IMG/VR virus record: IMGVR_UViG_3300045988_076381
DNA: 64,000 nucleotides
Strand: one strand, 5' to 3'
Source of the DNA: a virus
Part shown: positions 63,670 through 64,000 of the stretch, one piece after another
Numbering within the stretch: position 1 is the first letter of the stretch
Layout: every line of letters begins with the position of its first letter
The notes under the pieces: model-generated
Databases searched by the model: none
What the model saw: only the letters and a program-made list of their open reading frames with translations
Told to the model about the DNA's origin: nothing
Made by a program: the position numbers and the translations under genes

Positions 63670-64000
63670 TTATAATGGAAAGGTATATAATATTGGAGTG
63701 AGAGATAATAATAATTATTTTGCATCTAATATTTTAGTACATAACTGCTATGTATCTTCTAATCCAAATGGGGAGTATTATACTAATGTATGTGAAACAT
63801 GGAAGAAGTTTATTGCTACATTTGCTCCAGATAAGAAAGAAAAGAATATCACTATCACAGAAAAACCCTTTCAAATAGCGATTGGATCTGAAGGCTCTGC
63901 GGACGAGTCGCCGGAGTTCTGTGATTTCTTGGAAACTGTATATAATACTGGAGTAGTTCCTAATTATACTACTAACGGAGTAATTCTATCATATTATGAT
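63641..64000 (+). CDS. split-intein C-part (35 aa) fused to radical-SAM-like C-fragment (runs off window)
   Basis: ATG at 63641 (overlaps the HNH end): MKIVSIKKVNYNGKVYNIGVRDNNNYFASNILVHN|CYVSSNPNG.... HN-Cys+1 at 63740-63748. Not in the ORF track because no stop lies in the window. Confidence 0.65.
   Translation, partial: MKIVSIKKVNYNGKVYNIGVRDNNNYFASNILVHNCYVSSNPNGEYYTNVCETWKKFIATFAPDKKEKNITITEKPFQIAIGSEGSADESPEFCDFLETVYNTGVVPNYTTNGVILSYYD

Noticed and set aside
1-64000. Stop-codon reassignment (TAG or TGA read as sense) and suppressor tRNAs, as described for some gut phages.
   Set aside because: Long late genes (1983, 794 and 745 aa) are intact under the standard code. The six clear tRNAs read CAT, CAT, GCA, GTT, TAA and TTG, and none has a CTA, TCA or TTA anticodon. 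Interrupted genes are better explained by introns, inteins or frameshifts.
1-64000. CRISPR arrays, rRNA genes, integrase/att sites, transposases.
   Set aside because: I found no regularly spaced 25-40-nt direct repeats, no rRNA-like sequence, and no tyrosine/serine recombinase or DDE motifs in any ORF.

Overview
AT-rich (about 27-30% GC by eye) segment of a large tailed dsDNA phage. Layout: 1-37.7 kb is a minus-strand late/structural block (small and large terminase, portal, BspA-type LRR protein, two giant tail fibres with S74 chaperone ends, a cassette of small receptor-binding-domain paralogs, scaffold, capsid). 37.9-43.8 kb is a mixed block with a probable origin/initiator. 44-64 kb is a plus-strand block holding a tRNA cluster (two CAT tRNAs, Cys, Asn, Leu, Gln, plus tRNA-like remnants) and many small early/auxiliary genes (RNase HI, NadD-like adenylyltransferase, ferritin, a radical-SAM-like gene). 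Shine-Dalgarno motifs are absent and TAnnTTTG boxes recur upstream of operons, which suggests a Bacteroidota host (inference). The outstanding feature is the load of self-splicing elements. I count ten group I(-like) introns in two sequence families: six in the putative major capsid gene, three in the large terminase and one in ferritin. There is also a class-3-like (WCT) LAGLIDADG intein in a PD-(D/E)XK nuclease, and a naturally split intein that fractures a radical-SAM-like gene around an HNH gene. I derived all splice junctions by hand from P1 U.G pairings, terminal G residues and reading-frame closure. They are predictions good to a few nt, not database results. A second theme is recoding or contingency signals in the tail-fibre module: a canonical U_UUA_AAC -1 slippery site joining two ORFs, in-frame G10 and G9 tracts, and a paralog whose conserved C-terminus lies in the -1 frame after a G5A4 run. 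Several other genes are split by frameshifts. I saw no CRISPR array, no rRNA and no evidence of stop-codon reassignment. No searches or folding programs were run.
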